64,000 bases of DNA from Hemiscyllium ocellatum (lineage: Eukaryota): positions 722,416 to 786,415 of the forward strand of contig NW_026867526.1 of the NCBI RefSeq assembly GCF_020745735.1, written 5' to 3'. Positions 25,730 to 36,835 of the stretch are shown piece after piece. The notes under the pieces are model-generated. The model saw nothing but the letters and a program-made list of their open reading frames with translations, did no database searches and had not been told where the DNA came from. Numbering within the stretch: the first letter of the stretch is position 1; every line of letters begins with the position of its first letter. The position numbers and the translations under genes are program-made.

Positions 25730-26449
25730 CAATTGCAGACTGTTGGTACAATAGCTTGTGTCTTGGCAGCCGTGCCAGTGAAGTGGACACCCGTTCAGAA
25801 CAAAGCATAACCACTGAAATCACTGAAAACTGCAGACACCTGGGTTTAGGAGACTTTGCAGAGACAGAGATTGATGCTTGGGTGAACTCTGACAATGAAA
25901 TTGAAACAGAGACATTCTCCGATGATCAAATAGTCAACGTAGTCACAGAGGAACAGCAGGACTGTATGAATGGTGTGGATAGTAAGGAAATTCTGATACC
26001 GGCACCACCTCCAGTTAATGAAGCTATTGACAGTTTGCGACTTTTCATGGAGTGGTATGAAACACAAGATGAAGTTGATGCTGTTAAATTGATGCATCTT
26101 CGTCACATTATTGTTTGGAAACAAAAAAGAGACAGCACTTCCTCAAACAACAGCCGCTGGATAATTTCTTCGGAAATAATAAATAACCTCCACCTCAATG
26201 ATTTTTTTTAATTGTACAAGTACATAAAAAGTGATCTGAGTTGTAAAATGTCATGAATTTTTAAGCAATATGCAGTGTTGGTGAAGATTTTAGCGATCAA
26301 ATGAAATAAACACACTGTTAGCATGCTTTTTAATGCAATTATGGGCAACGCAGCTTCAATTGTTTAACGTCAAATCAATTTACCGAATGATCAATTACCT
26401 GAATGAAAACCTGCTCGCCCGAGGACTTTGGATAATCGAGGTTCCACTG
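25730..26449 (+). mobile_element. Tigger/pogo-type DNA transposon, 3' part with right TIR
   Basis: ORF 25756-26211 (EIDAWVNSDNEIETETFSDDQIVNVV...PPPVNEAIDSLRLFMEWYE) resembles a Tigger/TIGD C-terminus. TIR ...ggataatcgaggttccactg ends at 26449. No left TIR seen. Confidence 0.7.
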
Positions 26450-26984
26450 TTGAGGGATATGGATCCTGTGAGGATGGTTTTAGCATAGAAGGGCAAAATG
26501 AGTTGGCGCAGACTTGGAGAGCTGAAGGGCCTTATGGCCAGGCAGGCCACTCAAAATGGTGGACTTATGAGAAATGGACAATAAGTGAGGCATGCTGGGA
26601 AATTGAGACAAGCTTTAACCAAAAGTGCAGAATCCAGGCAGACTGCAGCTACAGACAGACAGTATACAATTGACTCAGCAGCTGTAGACAATACAATATA
26701 CACTTGAATTTCAATTGAGTTGAATTTACCTGAATACCATCCCAAGGACAACTGAAACAATTAAGCTGTTTACCATATACAGGGGTGCCTTACGCCCTTA
26801 CTTAGAGATGGCTTCCTGATCAATGTATTGGTGGATGCTGAAGTCTTTATACCCTTTTGGGAGAATCCTCAAAGTGTAAGGATCATTGCAAGACCATCCT
26901 CAGGAGCGGTAACCTGAGACCAACCACGTGAAGACACGCCTGAAACCAGCAGGAAAAGATGACTAGATGATCATCATCACGTAG

Positions 26985-27280
26985 ATTATACAACATAGAG
27001 AACATAGAACAATACAGCGCAGAACAGGCTTTTCGGCCCTCGATGTTGCGCCAACCTGTGAACTATTCTCAGCTCGTTCCACTATCCCAAAATCATCCAT
27101 GTGTTTACCTAAGGATTGTTTAAATCCCTAATGTGGCTGAGTTGACTACATTAGCAGGTAGGGCATTCTACACCCTTACCACTCTCTTTGTAAAGAACCT
27201 GCCTCTGACATTTGTTTTAAATCTATCACCCTCAATTTGTAGTTATGCCCCCTTGTACACGCTGACGTCATCATCCTAAG
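26985..27280 (-). mobile_element. Relatively young CR1 3' end
   Basis: aacatagagaacatagaacaatacagcgcagaacagg tail, reverse-complemented. Confidence 0.8.
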
Positions 27281-27949
27281 GTTAATTAGAGTTAAGCTCA
27301 AGCACAAGACAGTTCATTAGATTTATAGTGTAAATTGTTAGTTTGCATTTTGTTAATATCGTATTAATTGTGTTAAATGAATAAATATTAGGGTTTATTA
27401 CTATGAAGAGTTTCTTTCCCAGACATGAGTTTAAGCACACTGTGAAGCAGGCACAACAGCAGAATTCAAGGAGAGAAAAGAGTTGGCATTTCAAGTCTTG
27501 TAACTCTCCATCAGACACTTCTGAAGAAGGAATATAGGATCAGGATTGGCCATTCAGCCCCACAAGCTATTCTGCCTTGCAGTTATGTTATGGCCTATCT
27601 ACACCTAAGTGCCAAAGCTGCCTTTGGTCAACATCCCTTCATAACAAAAAGTTACAGATTGAAAATCAACTAATCTAACATTCACTGCCATTTGAGAAAA
27701 AAGCTCTAAATATCTCCCACCTTGTATGTAGAAGTGCTTTTGAACATCTCTCCTGAGTTGTCAGGCCCTAATTCTCAGACTATGTACCCTAATTCTAGAA
27801 TCCCCAATCAGTAGAAATAGTTTATTTTAATTTACTCTGTCTTTTCCTGGTAATATCACAAAGATCATCCTTTAACCTTCTAAATTCTCAAGAAAATTCT
27901 CAAGTAATAATCCGCTCAATGAAGCCCAGTTTGGATTTCACGAGGGTCA

Positions 27950-29420
27950 CATAAGTCCCTAACCTCATTACAACCTTGGTTCAAACATGGAAGTGAAGCC
28001 AAAGTGATAGCCCTTGACATCAAGACCATGTTCAATTGTGTGTGGCATCAAGGAGCTGTAGGAAAACTGGAATATGAGGGGTGGATGGCAAATTCTCTGC
28101 TGGGTAAAGTCATACCAGGCACCCAGGATACACTGCAACATGAACTGCACAAATTCACCAAAGAGTCTTAGTCTGCACTTATAATCGAGGGAACATCATT
28201 AATGGTGCAGCTGAAGATGGTTGGGCTTCAGACACTACACTGAGGAACTCCTGAAGACACGTCCTGGAGCTGAGATGACTGGCCTCCAACAATCACAATC
28301 AAATTCATATGTGCCTAACATGATTCATCATGTAAAACCACTTCCATCCAGAATGACAAGGGCAGCAGATTCATGGGAACACCAACACCAGCAAGTTCCC
28401 CTCCAAACGACTCGCCATCCAGGATTGGAAAAATATTACTATTTGTTCAGTCACTGGATCAAAACCCTGGAATTTCTTCCCTAAGTGCATTGTGGATTCA
28501 CCAACAGCTTATGGACCTTTTATTCATTTGTAGTATGTGGGCATCACTGGCTGGCCAGCATTTTACGCCTGTCCCTAGTTGTCGTTGAGGAGGTGGTGGT
28601 GAGTTGCCTTCTTGAACCACTGCAGTTCACCTGTTGTAGGTTGACCTACACTGACATGAGGAAGGGAATTCCATGATTTTAACCCAATGACAAGGAAGAA
28701 AAGGCAATGTATTTCCAAGTCAGACTGTTAAGTGGACGTTAAGAAGGGAACTTGAAGGTGGTGGTGCTGCTCTTCTCCTTTGAGATAGAAGTGGTCATGA
28801 TTTTGGAAGGTGATGTCTGAGGATCTCTGGTGAATTTCTGCAGTGCATCTTGTTGACAGTACACACTACTGCTATTGAGCATAAGTGGCAGAGGGAGTGG
28901 ATGTGAAGCCAACGAAGCAGGCTGTTCTGTCCTGGATGGTGTCAAGCTTTTTCAGCATTGTGGGAGCTGCACTCATCCAGGCAAGTTGCCCTCCAACCGA
29001 CTCCAGACTTGTGCCATATTGATAATGATCAGGCTTTGGGAGTCACAACCTGAGATACTTGCCACACTATTCCTAATCTCTGATCTGCTCCTATAGCCAC
29101 TGTGTTTATGTGACAAGTCCAGTTGAGTTCCTGGTCAATGGTAACGCCTAGGATGTTGATAGTTGGGGATTTGGTGATGATAATACAATTGAATACCAGG
29201 GGATGATGGTCAGATTGTCTTTATAGGTAATGGTTATAGCCCTGCATTTGTTTAGTGTAAATATTACTTGTCACTTGTCAGCCTGATTCTGGAAATTGTC
29301 CAGATCTTGTTGCATTTGAATGTGGACTATTCAGTACCTGAGGAGTCGCCAATTCCAAACACTCTACAATCATCAGTGAACATCCCCACTTCTGACCTTA
29401 TGATGGATGAACCAGCAACA
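27950..29420. mobile_element. Two tail-to-tail fragments of another CR1/L2-type LINE family (+ 27950-28505, - 28515-29420)
   Basis: The + copy ends aaaaccctggaatttcttccctaa...gtggattcacc. The - copy starts with the reverse-complemented 3' end (ttattcatttg...gtgggcatcactggctggccagcatt...gccttcttgaaccactgcag). Confidence 0.6.
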
Positions 29421-29469
29421 TCAACTGCAGCAATTCAAGAAGGCATACTACCACCGTCTTCAGGTAAAA

Positions 29470-29592
29470 AATGAGGTCTGCAGATGCTGGAGATCACAGC
29501 TGAAAATGTGTTGCTGGTTAAAGCACAGCAGGTTAGGCAGCATCCAAGGAACAGGAAATTCGACGTTTCGGGCATAAGCCCTTCATCAGGAA
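29470..29592 (-). mobile_element. Solo PLE pLTR with intact minimal hammerhead ribozyme motif
   Basis: The minus strand reads AUUC-CUGAUGA-A-GGGC-UUAU-GCCC-GAAAC-GUC-GAAU (plus 29558-29592). Confidence 0.85.
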
Positions 29593-30776
29593 TAAACTAC
29601 AAGTCTCATTCTTGTAAACATATTTTGTACTCACTACAAGCCAATGTATCCTTCCTCAGACCTGATGTCCAAATCTGTTCTCAGTACTCCAGGTAAGGTT
29701 CAAACAGTTTTGAATACTCACAGCGTAACTTCTGCATCCTTGTACTGTCATCCTCTCGTTATAAAAGTTGGCATTTGTTTGATTATAATTTTTTTCTGCA
29801 TCTATTCATGGCATTTTAAAGATCTATTCACCTAAAACCAAAGTCTCTTTGGACTTCCACTATACTTAACTTCATACCATCTTGAAAAACATCATGATTT
29901 ATCCTCCGTCAGTCCAAAATTGATACCTCACACTCACACTGAACTCTCTCTATCACAGTTTTGCCTATCCACCTAGTCTATGAATATCCCCTTGTAATTT
30001 TATGCCATCATGTACACCAGTGTTTCTCAACGGTGGTGGAAGTGCCTCCTGAGGGGCGTTTGCCTTCCTTCGGTCGGCGTTGAAGTCAAAGGGGACGGCA
30101 AGGGGTCACTGAACGACTTTGTAGAGAGCTTACCAATCACTTGGAAGACTGCCATGTCCTTGAAAGACTTTGCTGTGTGCAGATGGACAGTCGCATAACA
30201 CGAGTCTGTTATTTTCCCTGCACCCATGGAGGAGTGCGCTCTGATTGGTTCCTGAGCTATTATTGATAGTCTTTTCCGTGAATAGCAAACCATTTGAACC
30301 CGTTCGCAGTTGGCACTGATTCTACTGTTGAGATCAATATCACCTAACTCGTGTCGCTTCTAAGATGGCATTCTGCTCGGGTGGCAGAATGAATGCACAT
30401 TACAGCTAATTAGCCAATCAAATTTTGCCACTTGTCTGAGCGTCGTAAAATAATTGTGATAAGGTAATACCCATGATTCCATTAGGGTATTCGAGCAACA
30501 GTGTAAAAATGGCCTCATTGAGTAAGAAAAAGTGGAGTATAGCATGGGGTATAGCATGCAGTATAGCATGGACTATTTGTGATATGGCTTTATTCAATCT
30601 CTATCTAATAAGCAATTACCACTGTGCTTGCTCTGTCTGTGAACAAAGTTTTTCCAACGAGGCCATGAAGCCTTCCTATCTTATTAAACATTTGGAAAAG
30701 AAACAGTGACAAAAAGGACGAAGATTTGGCATATTTTCAAGCATTAAGAATAAATTCAATCAGCAACCAACGATAT

Positions 30777-30935
30777 TGGCCAATTCACCTGAACTGCACA
30801 CTCTGGATTATGGAAGGAAACCACAGGGAGAATGTGCAAACTCCACATAAATAGTCATCCGAAGCAGGAACCGAGCCCTAGAACCTAGCACTGTGAGGCA
30901 GCAGTGCTAACCACTGAACCACCATGCCACCCACC
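30777..30935 (-). mobile_element. HE1-type (V-SINE) tRNA-derived SINE, 3' part cut off at the insert junction
   Basis: Reverse complement of gtggcatggtggttcagtggttagcactgctgcctcacag...tttgcacattctcc...gtgaattggcc. Confidence 0.8.
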
Positions 30936-30949
30936 ATGCTTTCATTCTA

Positions 30950-31470
30950 CAGGGCATTGTACCTATCTATCTTAGATGCAGCATATAGTTTTGGTCTCCT
31001 TATTTAAGGAAGTATGTAAATACATTAGAGTACATTAGAAGTGGATCTCAGGGAATGTATTAGATTGATACTGGAAATGAACTGGTCACCTTATGAGGAA
31101 AGGTTGGACAGATTAGGCTTATTTAGAGGAGTGAGAAATGACTTGAGTGAAGTGTAAAAGATCCTGAACTGTCTTGAATTGATGCTTCTTCTTGTGAGTG
31201 ACCCAGAACTAAGGGGCTCTGTTTTAAAGTTAGGAATTGTCTTTTTAGGACGGATATAGGAATTGTTTTTTCCTCAAAGGGTTGTACTGCTTTGGATCTC
31301 TGCCTCAGAGCAAGTCAGTAAATATTTTTGAGGTAAATACGAATACATATTTGTACGGCAGAGGAATCAAAGCTGATTGGATTAAATGGAAATTCAAAAC
31401 ACAAATAAATCAAGGATGACAGAGGAAGATTGATGGTCTGAATGGCCTAGGTCTGTTCCTAGTTCATTTG
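30950..31470 (+). mobile_element. Old CR1 3' fragment within the captured intron
   Basis: tttggtctccttatttaagga...tatgaggaaaggttggacag...gatggtctgaatggcct. Confidence 0.7.
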
Positions 31471-31796
31471 GTTGCATGAGCTCTTCTAATTTTTGATGTG
31501 TTTTAATCTCTTCATATCCTCCAATGGTTCACATTATTAATTTTGGTATTGATCTTCCATTTTTCTAGCCTGCTGTGAGGGATTGGAATCCATTTTCTTA
31601 AGAACACTAGCTTGAGCCTGGAGTTTACTTGTCCAATGCCTTTTGCACAATATCTGGTATCTCCAACATTAGGATAATTTGTGTCCAGCATTAGGATAAA
31701 TTCAAAGTTAGAACCACCTCTTAAAACTTTAAATTTCAAAAATAATCCTATGAAATGAATGGTTTTGTTCAAACATGATCTCTCTCTCTATTACAG

Positions 31797-31963
31797 CTAA
31801 TGTGGCAGTGATTGTGATCCTGTCTCAAAGGAGATGTGGCCTCTCAAAGTGTATCACTTCTTATCTGGTGTCAATGGCAGCGACAGATCTTCTGGTCATG
31901 GTTACGGCTGTAATATTAAACCGGATTGTTGGGATTTATTATCCATCCAGTTTCCTCTCTACT
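31797..31963 (+). pseudogene. Fragment of a class A GPCR (shark GPR139-like family): start of exon 2, TM1-TM2
   Basis: Acceptor tctctctctctattacag then phase-1 (A)NVAVIVILSQRRCGLSKCITSYLVSMAATDLLVMVTAVILNRIVGIYYPSSFLST, with the TM1 Asn, CGLS.C loop and TM2 MAxxD. It stops abruptly at a CR1 tail. Confidence 0.8.
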
Positions 31964-32130
31964 GGGGGCATGGAATGCGCTGCCAGTGGGAGTGGTAGAG
32001 TCAGAATCATTGGCGACCTTTAAGCGGCAATCGGATAGGTACATGGATGGGTGCTTAATCTAGGATAGATGTTCAGCACAACATCGTGGGCCGAAGGGCC
32101 TGTTCTGTTCTGTATTGTTCTATGTTCTGT
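31964..32130 (+). mobile_element. Young CR1 3' end with (TGTTC/TATGTTC) tail
   Basis: About 7 differences by eye from the reverse complement of 51538-51708. Confidence 0.9.
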
Positions 32131-32544
32131 GATATCTATTGCTTTTTCAAAGATAGGAACCACGAATGTGGATGGCCTTGTGGCATCATACAACATAGCT
32201 AAGCTAATTGCAAAATGTGGTAAACCTCATTCCGTTGGTGAATTGTTGGTGCTTCCAGCTATTGCCAAAATATTATCAACTGTGCTACATCAGGAACTAT
32301 CAATGACTATCAAGCATATTCTTCTTGCACCTTCCGTGAGAAGGTGCGTCGATGAAATGGCCTCAAATCTTGAGGATAAATTATGTTCCCTCTTGATATC
32401 GAAAGAAACTGCCGTACAAATTGATGAAAGTACTATATGTGAATTCAAGCTTTACTTTTGGGAGGCGTTGCATGATTTCAAGGATAAGAAGGGGGCTTTG
32501 AATAGGGAAAGGTTGAGAAACGCTGATGTACATGTCTATAATGC

Positions 32545-33100
32545 CATCTAATACGCATTGAAGCTGTCATCTAGATAGGAGACAAAAATGTCAGCAAATC
32601 AATTTCCCAGCTCAGCGATCATACCCACAACCATGGCAACAGGCACCTGAGCTACAAATCTTTACACAAACCTTGAATACCTAACATTGTGTCATCAGCA
32701 AATTTGGATATATGGTCATTGTGTCATTGTCCGATTAATCAATAAATAATGTGAATAACTGAAGCCAAACACAGATCCCAACAGGACACCACTGGTCACA
32801 TCCTGCCAAATCTGAGTTCCTATCCATTATCCATCCATGTCAGTAATTTGCCTTCAATTTCATAGGTTTCTGACTAAGACTATTATGTGGGATTCATCAA
32901 ATGCCTCCTGGTAGTCCATGTAAGCACTGCCTCTGTTGACATTGCCATGTCCGACCTCAGTCATCTCGTCAAACAATTCAGAAGTTTGTCAGGCATGACC
33001 TACGTGTCATGACGCTCATTGATTAACTTAAAAATGTACAAGATATTCAGTGACCCCATCCCTGATGATAAACTCCAACACTTAGACTAACTGCTCAGTG
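32545..33100 (-). mobile_element. Decayed CR1 RT fragment
   Basis: Reverse-complemented RT motifs (cagcaaatttgg; tcaaatgcctcctggtagtccatgtaa; tttgtcaggcatgacc). Confidence 0.6.
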
Positions 33101-33249
33101 TGTCCCTGGTTTTCCTCGGAGTGGTGTTATTTTCCGATCGAGAATACTCTGCAATGATTATAATGAGGGAATTTCCTTTAACACACTCGGATGGTAACGA
33201 GCAAATCCCGGGGATCTCCACTCTTTAAATCCATTACCTCCCTTATTAC

Positions 33250-33530
33250 CAGAGTTCTCCTGATAACTGACCGACTTAATCCTAAACCCAGCGCCGCTCA
33301 ACAACCGCTGCCACTGCCGGCTCTCGGCAAGGAACGTCAGGCGGGGGAAGGCATTTACTGCGCATGTTCCCTCCCAGGCCACCACCTACTGCGCATGCTC
33401 TGGCCAAGAGCGGGAAGGTTAAACGGTTCAACGGAAAGTTCTGGAACGTGGTGAGTGACGTCATCGGGGCTGGGTGTGGTCGCGAGGGAAACGTGTCTGC
33501 TCCAGTCAGTGAGATGTCAGGGTGAGCTCC
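33250..33530 (+). promoter_or_regulatory. CpG-rich promoter and non-coding first-exon candidate
   Basis: ACTGCGCATG twice (33357, 33388; NRF1-like), AACGGTT and CAACGG (33422-33434; Myb-like), TGACGTCA (33456-33463; CRE). Donors GTG|GTGAGT at 33451 and CAGG|GTGAGC at 33522, followed by a G-run-rich tract. Confidence 0.6.
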
Positions 33531-34015
33531 TGAGGAGGGGGCAAGGGGGAGGCTGGTTTCCACTCCAACCAGCACAATATTGTGTAGTCGGTGGGGTGTG
33601 AGGGAGAGAAGGTCAGGGTCAGTGTGGGCTCTGAGGAAGATGTTGAGTTGGGTTCAGATCAGATGAGGGTTGTGGAGGAGTCTGGATGGGGTGGGGGGTG
33701 TGAGTTGGAATGGGGGATTGGGATGGGAATGTTGCTCTGGAGCCCAGAGATAAAGTGGATTTCGCGATTACCAAACAGTTGGAGAACGTTTTTCAACTCG
33801 GAACTTTTTGTTGTGTAATTATTAAGCTTGAGTAAGTTAGAATCCTCTGAAAGTTAAAGTTTCCAGTTGCACAGAGATTACCCTGACAGAATTTTCAATT
33901 TTTCAGGAAATTCCCTTGGCTTCAGCCACATCTCCAAAAATTCCATAGACCCCACAGTGCAATTACAATTTATACTGCTTCAGTGACTAGCGAGAGACTT
34001 TTATATAAACCAAAC

Positions 34016-34178
34016 CCTGTAGATGTTGGAATCTGAAGTAGACAAACAGGAGGCTGGAAGAACACAGCAAACCAGGCAGCTTCGGGAGGTGGAGAAGTCA
34101 ATGTTTCAGGTATAACCCTTCTTCAGGACCTGGGTGGGGGTAAGGGGTGCTACAGATAGAGAGGGAGGTAGTTGGGGT
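34016..34178 (-). mobile_element. PLE 3' UTR/pLTR with hammerhead motif (probable 3' end of the minus-strand PLE)
   Basis: The minus strand reads ggtcCTGAAGAagggttatacctGAAAcattg...gctgcctggtttgctgtgttcttccagc. Confidence 0.75.
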
Positions 34179-34179
34179 C

Positions 34180-35428
34180 CTAGCTCCCATCCTTGCGGTG
34201 TCTTCACCATTCCTCCAGACCTTCCCCTCACTAGGGACGAATGTGTCGTCGTCACTAAAGGCCTCACCTTTATCCCTCTACGGTCCCAGTTTAATGAGTT
34301 CGACACAAGCTGCAACCTTGAATGTTTCTTCCTCTGCCTCTGCATTGACTGTTTTTTAACCGAGACACCTGCACATCCACGGGGAACCCTCTTGTCCCGC
34401 CTTCAACACACCACATCCATGGACACCCCATGCTGGCCTGTTACCTGTGCTTGACCTCTTCATTTCAAACTGCTACCATGACATTGACTGCCTCAACTTG
34501 TCCAACCACCTCACTCACTCCAACCTCTTTCCCTCTCAACATACAGTCCTCCACTCCTTCCGCTCCAACCCCAACCTCACCATCAAACCTGCGGGCGGGG
34601 GGGGTGGTGGGATTCATAGTAGTCGTGTGGTGCACTGACCTCTACACTACTGAAGCCAGGCACCAACTTGCAGACTCCGCCTCCGACCGCCCCCTTGCCC
34701 ACTATCTCACTTTCCATCACCAAGCCATCATCCCCCGGACCATCCATAATCTCATCATCTCTGGGGATCACCCGTCCACAGACTCCAACCTCATTGTCCA
34801 TGAACCCTGCACTGCCTGATTCCACCTCCTTCCTAAGACACTCAAACCTGACTGCCCTGGTCGACCCATTGTCTCAACCTGCACTTGTCCCACTGAACTA
34901 ATGGACCACCAAACGGACCCCACCACCAGAAATATATTTCCCGCCCCACTCTTATCAGCTTTCCAAAAAGACCATACCTTCCGTGACTCCCTCGTCAGGT
35001 CCACATCCCCTACCAGCCTACACCCCACTCCTGGCCCTGTTTCCTGCCACCACAGGAAGTGCAAAACCTATGGCCGCACCACTCCCCTCGCCTCCATCCA
35101 AGGCCCCAAGGGATTCTTCCACATCCGTCAAAAATTTAACTATACCTCTACCAGCAACATCTACTGCATCCGTTGCACCCGGTGTGGTCTCCTCTACATC
35201 AGGGAGACAGGATGTTTTCTTGTGGATCGTTTCGGAGAACATCTCTGGGACACCTGCATGCACCAACCTCATCGTCCCGTGGCTGTACACTTCAACTCCC
35301 TCTCCCACTCCATCAAGGGCATGCAGGTCCTGGGCCTTCTCCACTGCCATACCATGACCAGCCGAAACCTGGTGGAGAAACGCCTCATATTCCGCCTTGG
35401 GACCCTGCAACCATATGGGATAAATGTG
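34180..35428 (+). mobile_element. PLE copy A: N-terminus and GIY-YIG endonuclease, RT core deleted
   Basis: KGLTFIPL, LTIKPA, FHLLPK..KPDCPGRPIVS..CPTEL joined directly to DPTTRNIFP...NIYCIRCTRCGLLYIRET...HFNS..HS...LIFRLGTLQPYGINV. Confidence 0.9.
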
Positions 35429-35429
35429 A

Positions 35430-36835
35430 AAGGGGATTTGGGGCATGGGTGGGCAGGTTATTTGAAATTGGAGAACTGTGTTGAGTTCTCTAGGCTGTAG
35501 GCTGCCCAGGTAGAAGATGCAGTGTTCCCCTGATTCACTGCGACAATGGAGGTCGAGAATTAACGCGTAAGGGAGGGAGTGGGAGGCGGAATTGAAATGG
35601 ATGGTGAGTAGGGGCCAGGCTGACCCTTATTTTACTTTGTTTGGTCCCACCAATGTAGAGAGTACCACATCAGGAGCACTGGATGCAGTAAACTAGATTG
35701 AAAAGAAGTTCACCTGCAAGGACTGTTTGGGGCCCTGGATGGAGGTGAGGGAAAAACTGGCAAGTGTTGCATCTTTTACAGTTCTGGGGTGGATATATTA
35801 GATGGGTTTGGTGGGAGTGTGATGTGACCCAATGATTGGTGATGGGAACTGCCCTAGTGGAAAGAAGAGAGGAGTAGGGAGAAGAACACTTTCTGGGTAA
35901 TGAGGTTTATTTGGAGATGGTGGAGGATGATATGTTGGATGTGGAGACTGATGAGTTGGAAATTGAGGACAAGGGGAACCATTTCTTTGTTTGGATGGGA
36001 TGGGCTTTAGAGCAGTCAAGTGGGGAATGAAGGAAATGCAGTGGAAGGCTGTCTGGATGAACGAGGAGGAAAGAAATCATTGTTTGAAATAAGAGAGCAT
36101 CTTGGATGTTTGGGAGTGGAACATCATGTCAGAGCAAATGTGATGGAGATGGAGGAATTGGAATAATGGGAATGGAATTCTTACAGGAGGAGGTTCAGTC
36201 TAGGTAATTACAGGAGTCTGTGGATTTATTGTAAATGCTAGTCTGTAAATGTACTGGAGATGGAAGCAGAGAGTTCAAAAAAGGGGAGGGAGCTGTCTGA
36301 GATAGACAAAGTGAATTTGAGGGCAGGGTGGAAGTTGACGATAAAGCCCAGTTCAGCCTGGGTGCAGGATGCAACACTGCAATCATTAATGTAATGGCAG
36401 AAGAGTTGGGGAACAGTACTGGTGTATGTACTGAAGAGGGACGCTTCGCGACGCCTGACAAAGAGGCAGGCATAGCTAGGACCCACGCAAGTGCCTGTGG
36501 TGCCCCCGTGGATTTGAGGAAAGTGGGGAAAAGTTGATTGAAAAGTTATTGAGTGTGAGGCGGAAGAAGGTATTGATGGTGGGGGTCGGGGGGGTACTAA
36601 TTGGGTCTGTTGGAGAGGAAATAAGCTGAGGACCTCCAGGCTGTCCTTGTCAGGTATGGATTTGTAAAAGGACTATCTGTCCATAGTGAAGATGAAGTGC
36701 TGGATGCGAGGGAACAGGAAGTTTCCAAAGAGGTAGAGGGAGTGGTTTGTGTCTTGGCTATAGGTGGGAAATGCCTGCACCAAGGGGGAGAGAATGGAGT
36801 TTGGTGAGATTGGAGCATGGAGACGATGAGCTGGC
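35430..36835 (-). mobile_element. PLE copy B: 5'-truncated RT core and GIY-YIG, decayed
   Basis: ILSPLVQ..PTY..DT.H, IFTMD, MGPSYACLFV, YINDC, FHPALKFT, then EN remnants ending LGSLQP. Confidence 0.88.

Larger units (their letters stand above)
30018..32525 (+). mobile_element. hAT (Buster/ZBED5-like) transposon with both TIRs and TSD, internally deleted transposase
   Basis: Left TIR CAGTGTTTCTCAAC at 30018. Right TIR GTTGAGAAACGCTG ends at 32525. 8-bp TSD ATGTACAC/ATGTACAT (nnnTAnnn, Buster type). BED-finger piece CSVCEQSFSNEAMKPSYLIKHL (30630-30700) and GLVASYNIAKLIAKCGKPHSVGELLVLPA...QIDEST (32175-32430). Confidence 0.92.

Noticed and set aside
25756-26211. Domesticated TIGD/Jerky-like host gene
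   Set aside because: Only the C-terminal part is present, with no DDE core, and it is followed by a transposon TIR.
32069-32551. 160-aa ORF as a ZBED5/SCAND3-like host gene
   Set aside because: The frame starts in a CR1 tail, runs through a deleted transposase and exits through the TIR.
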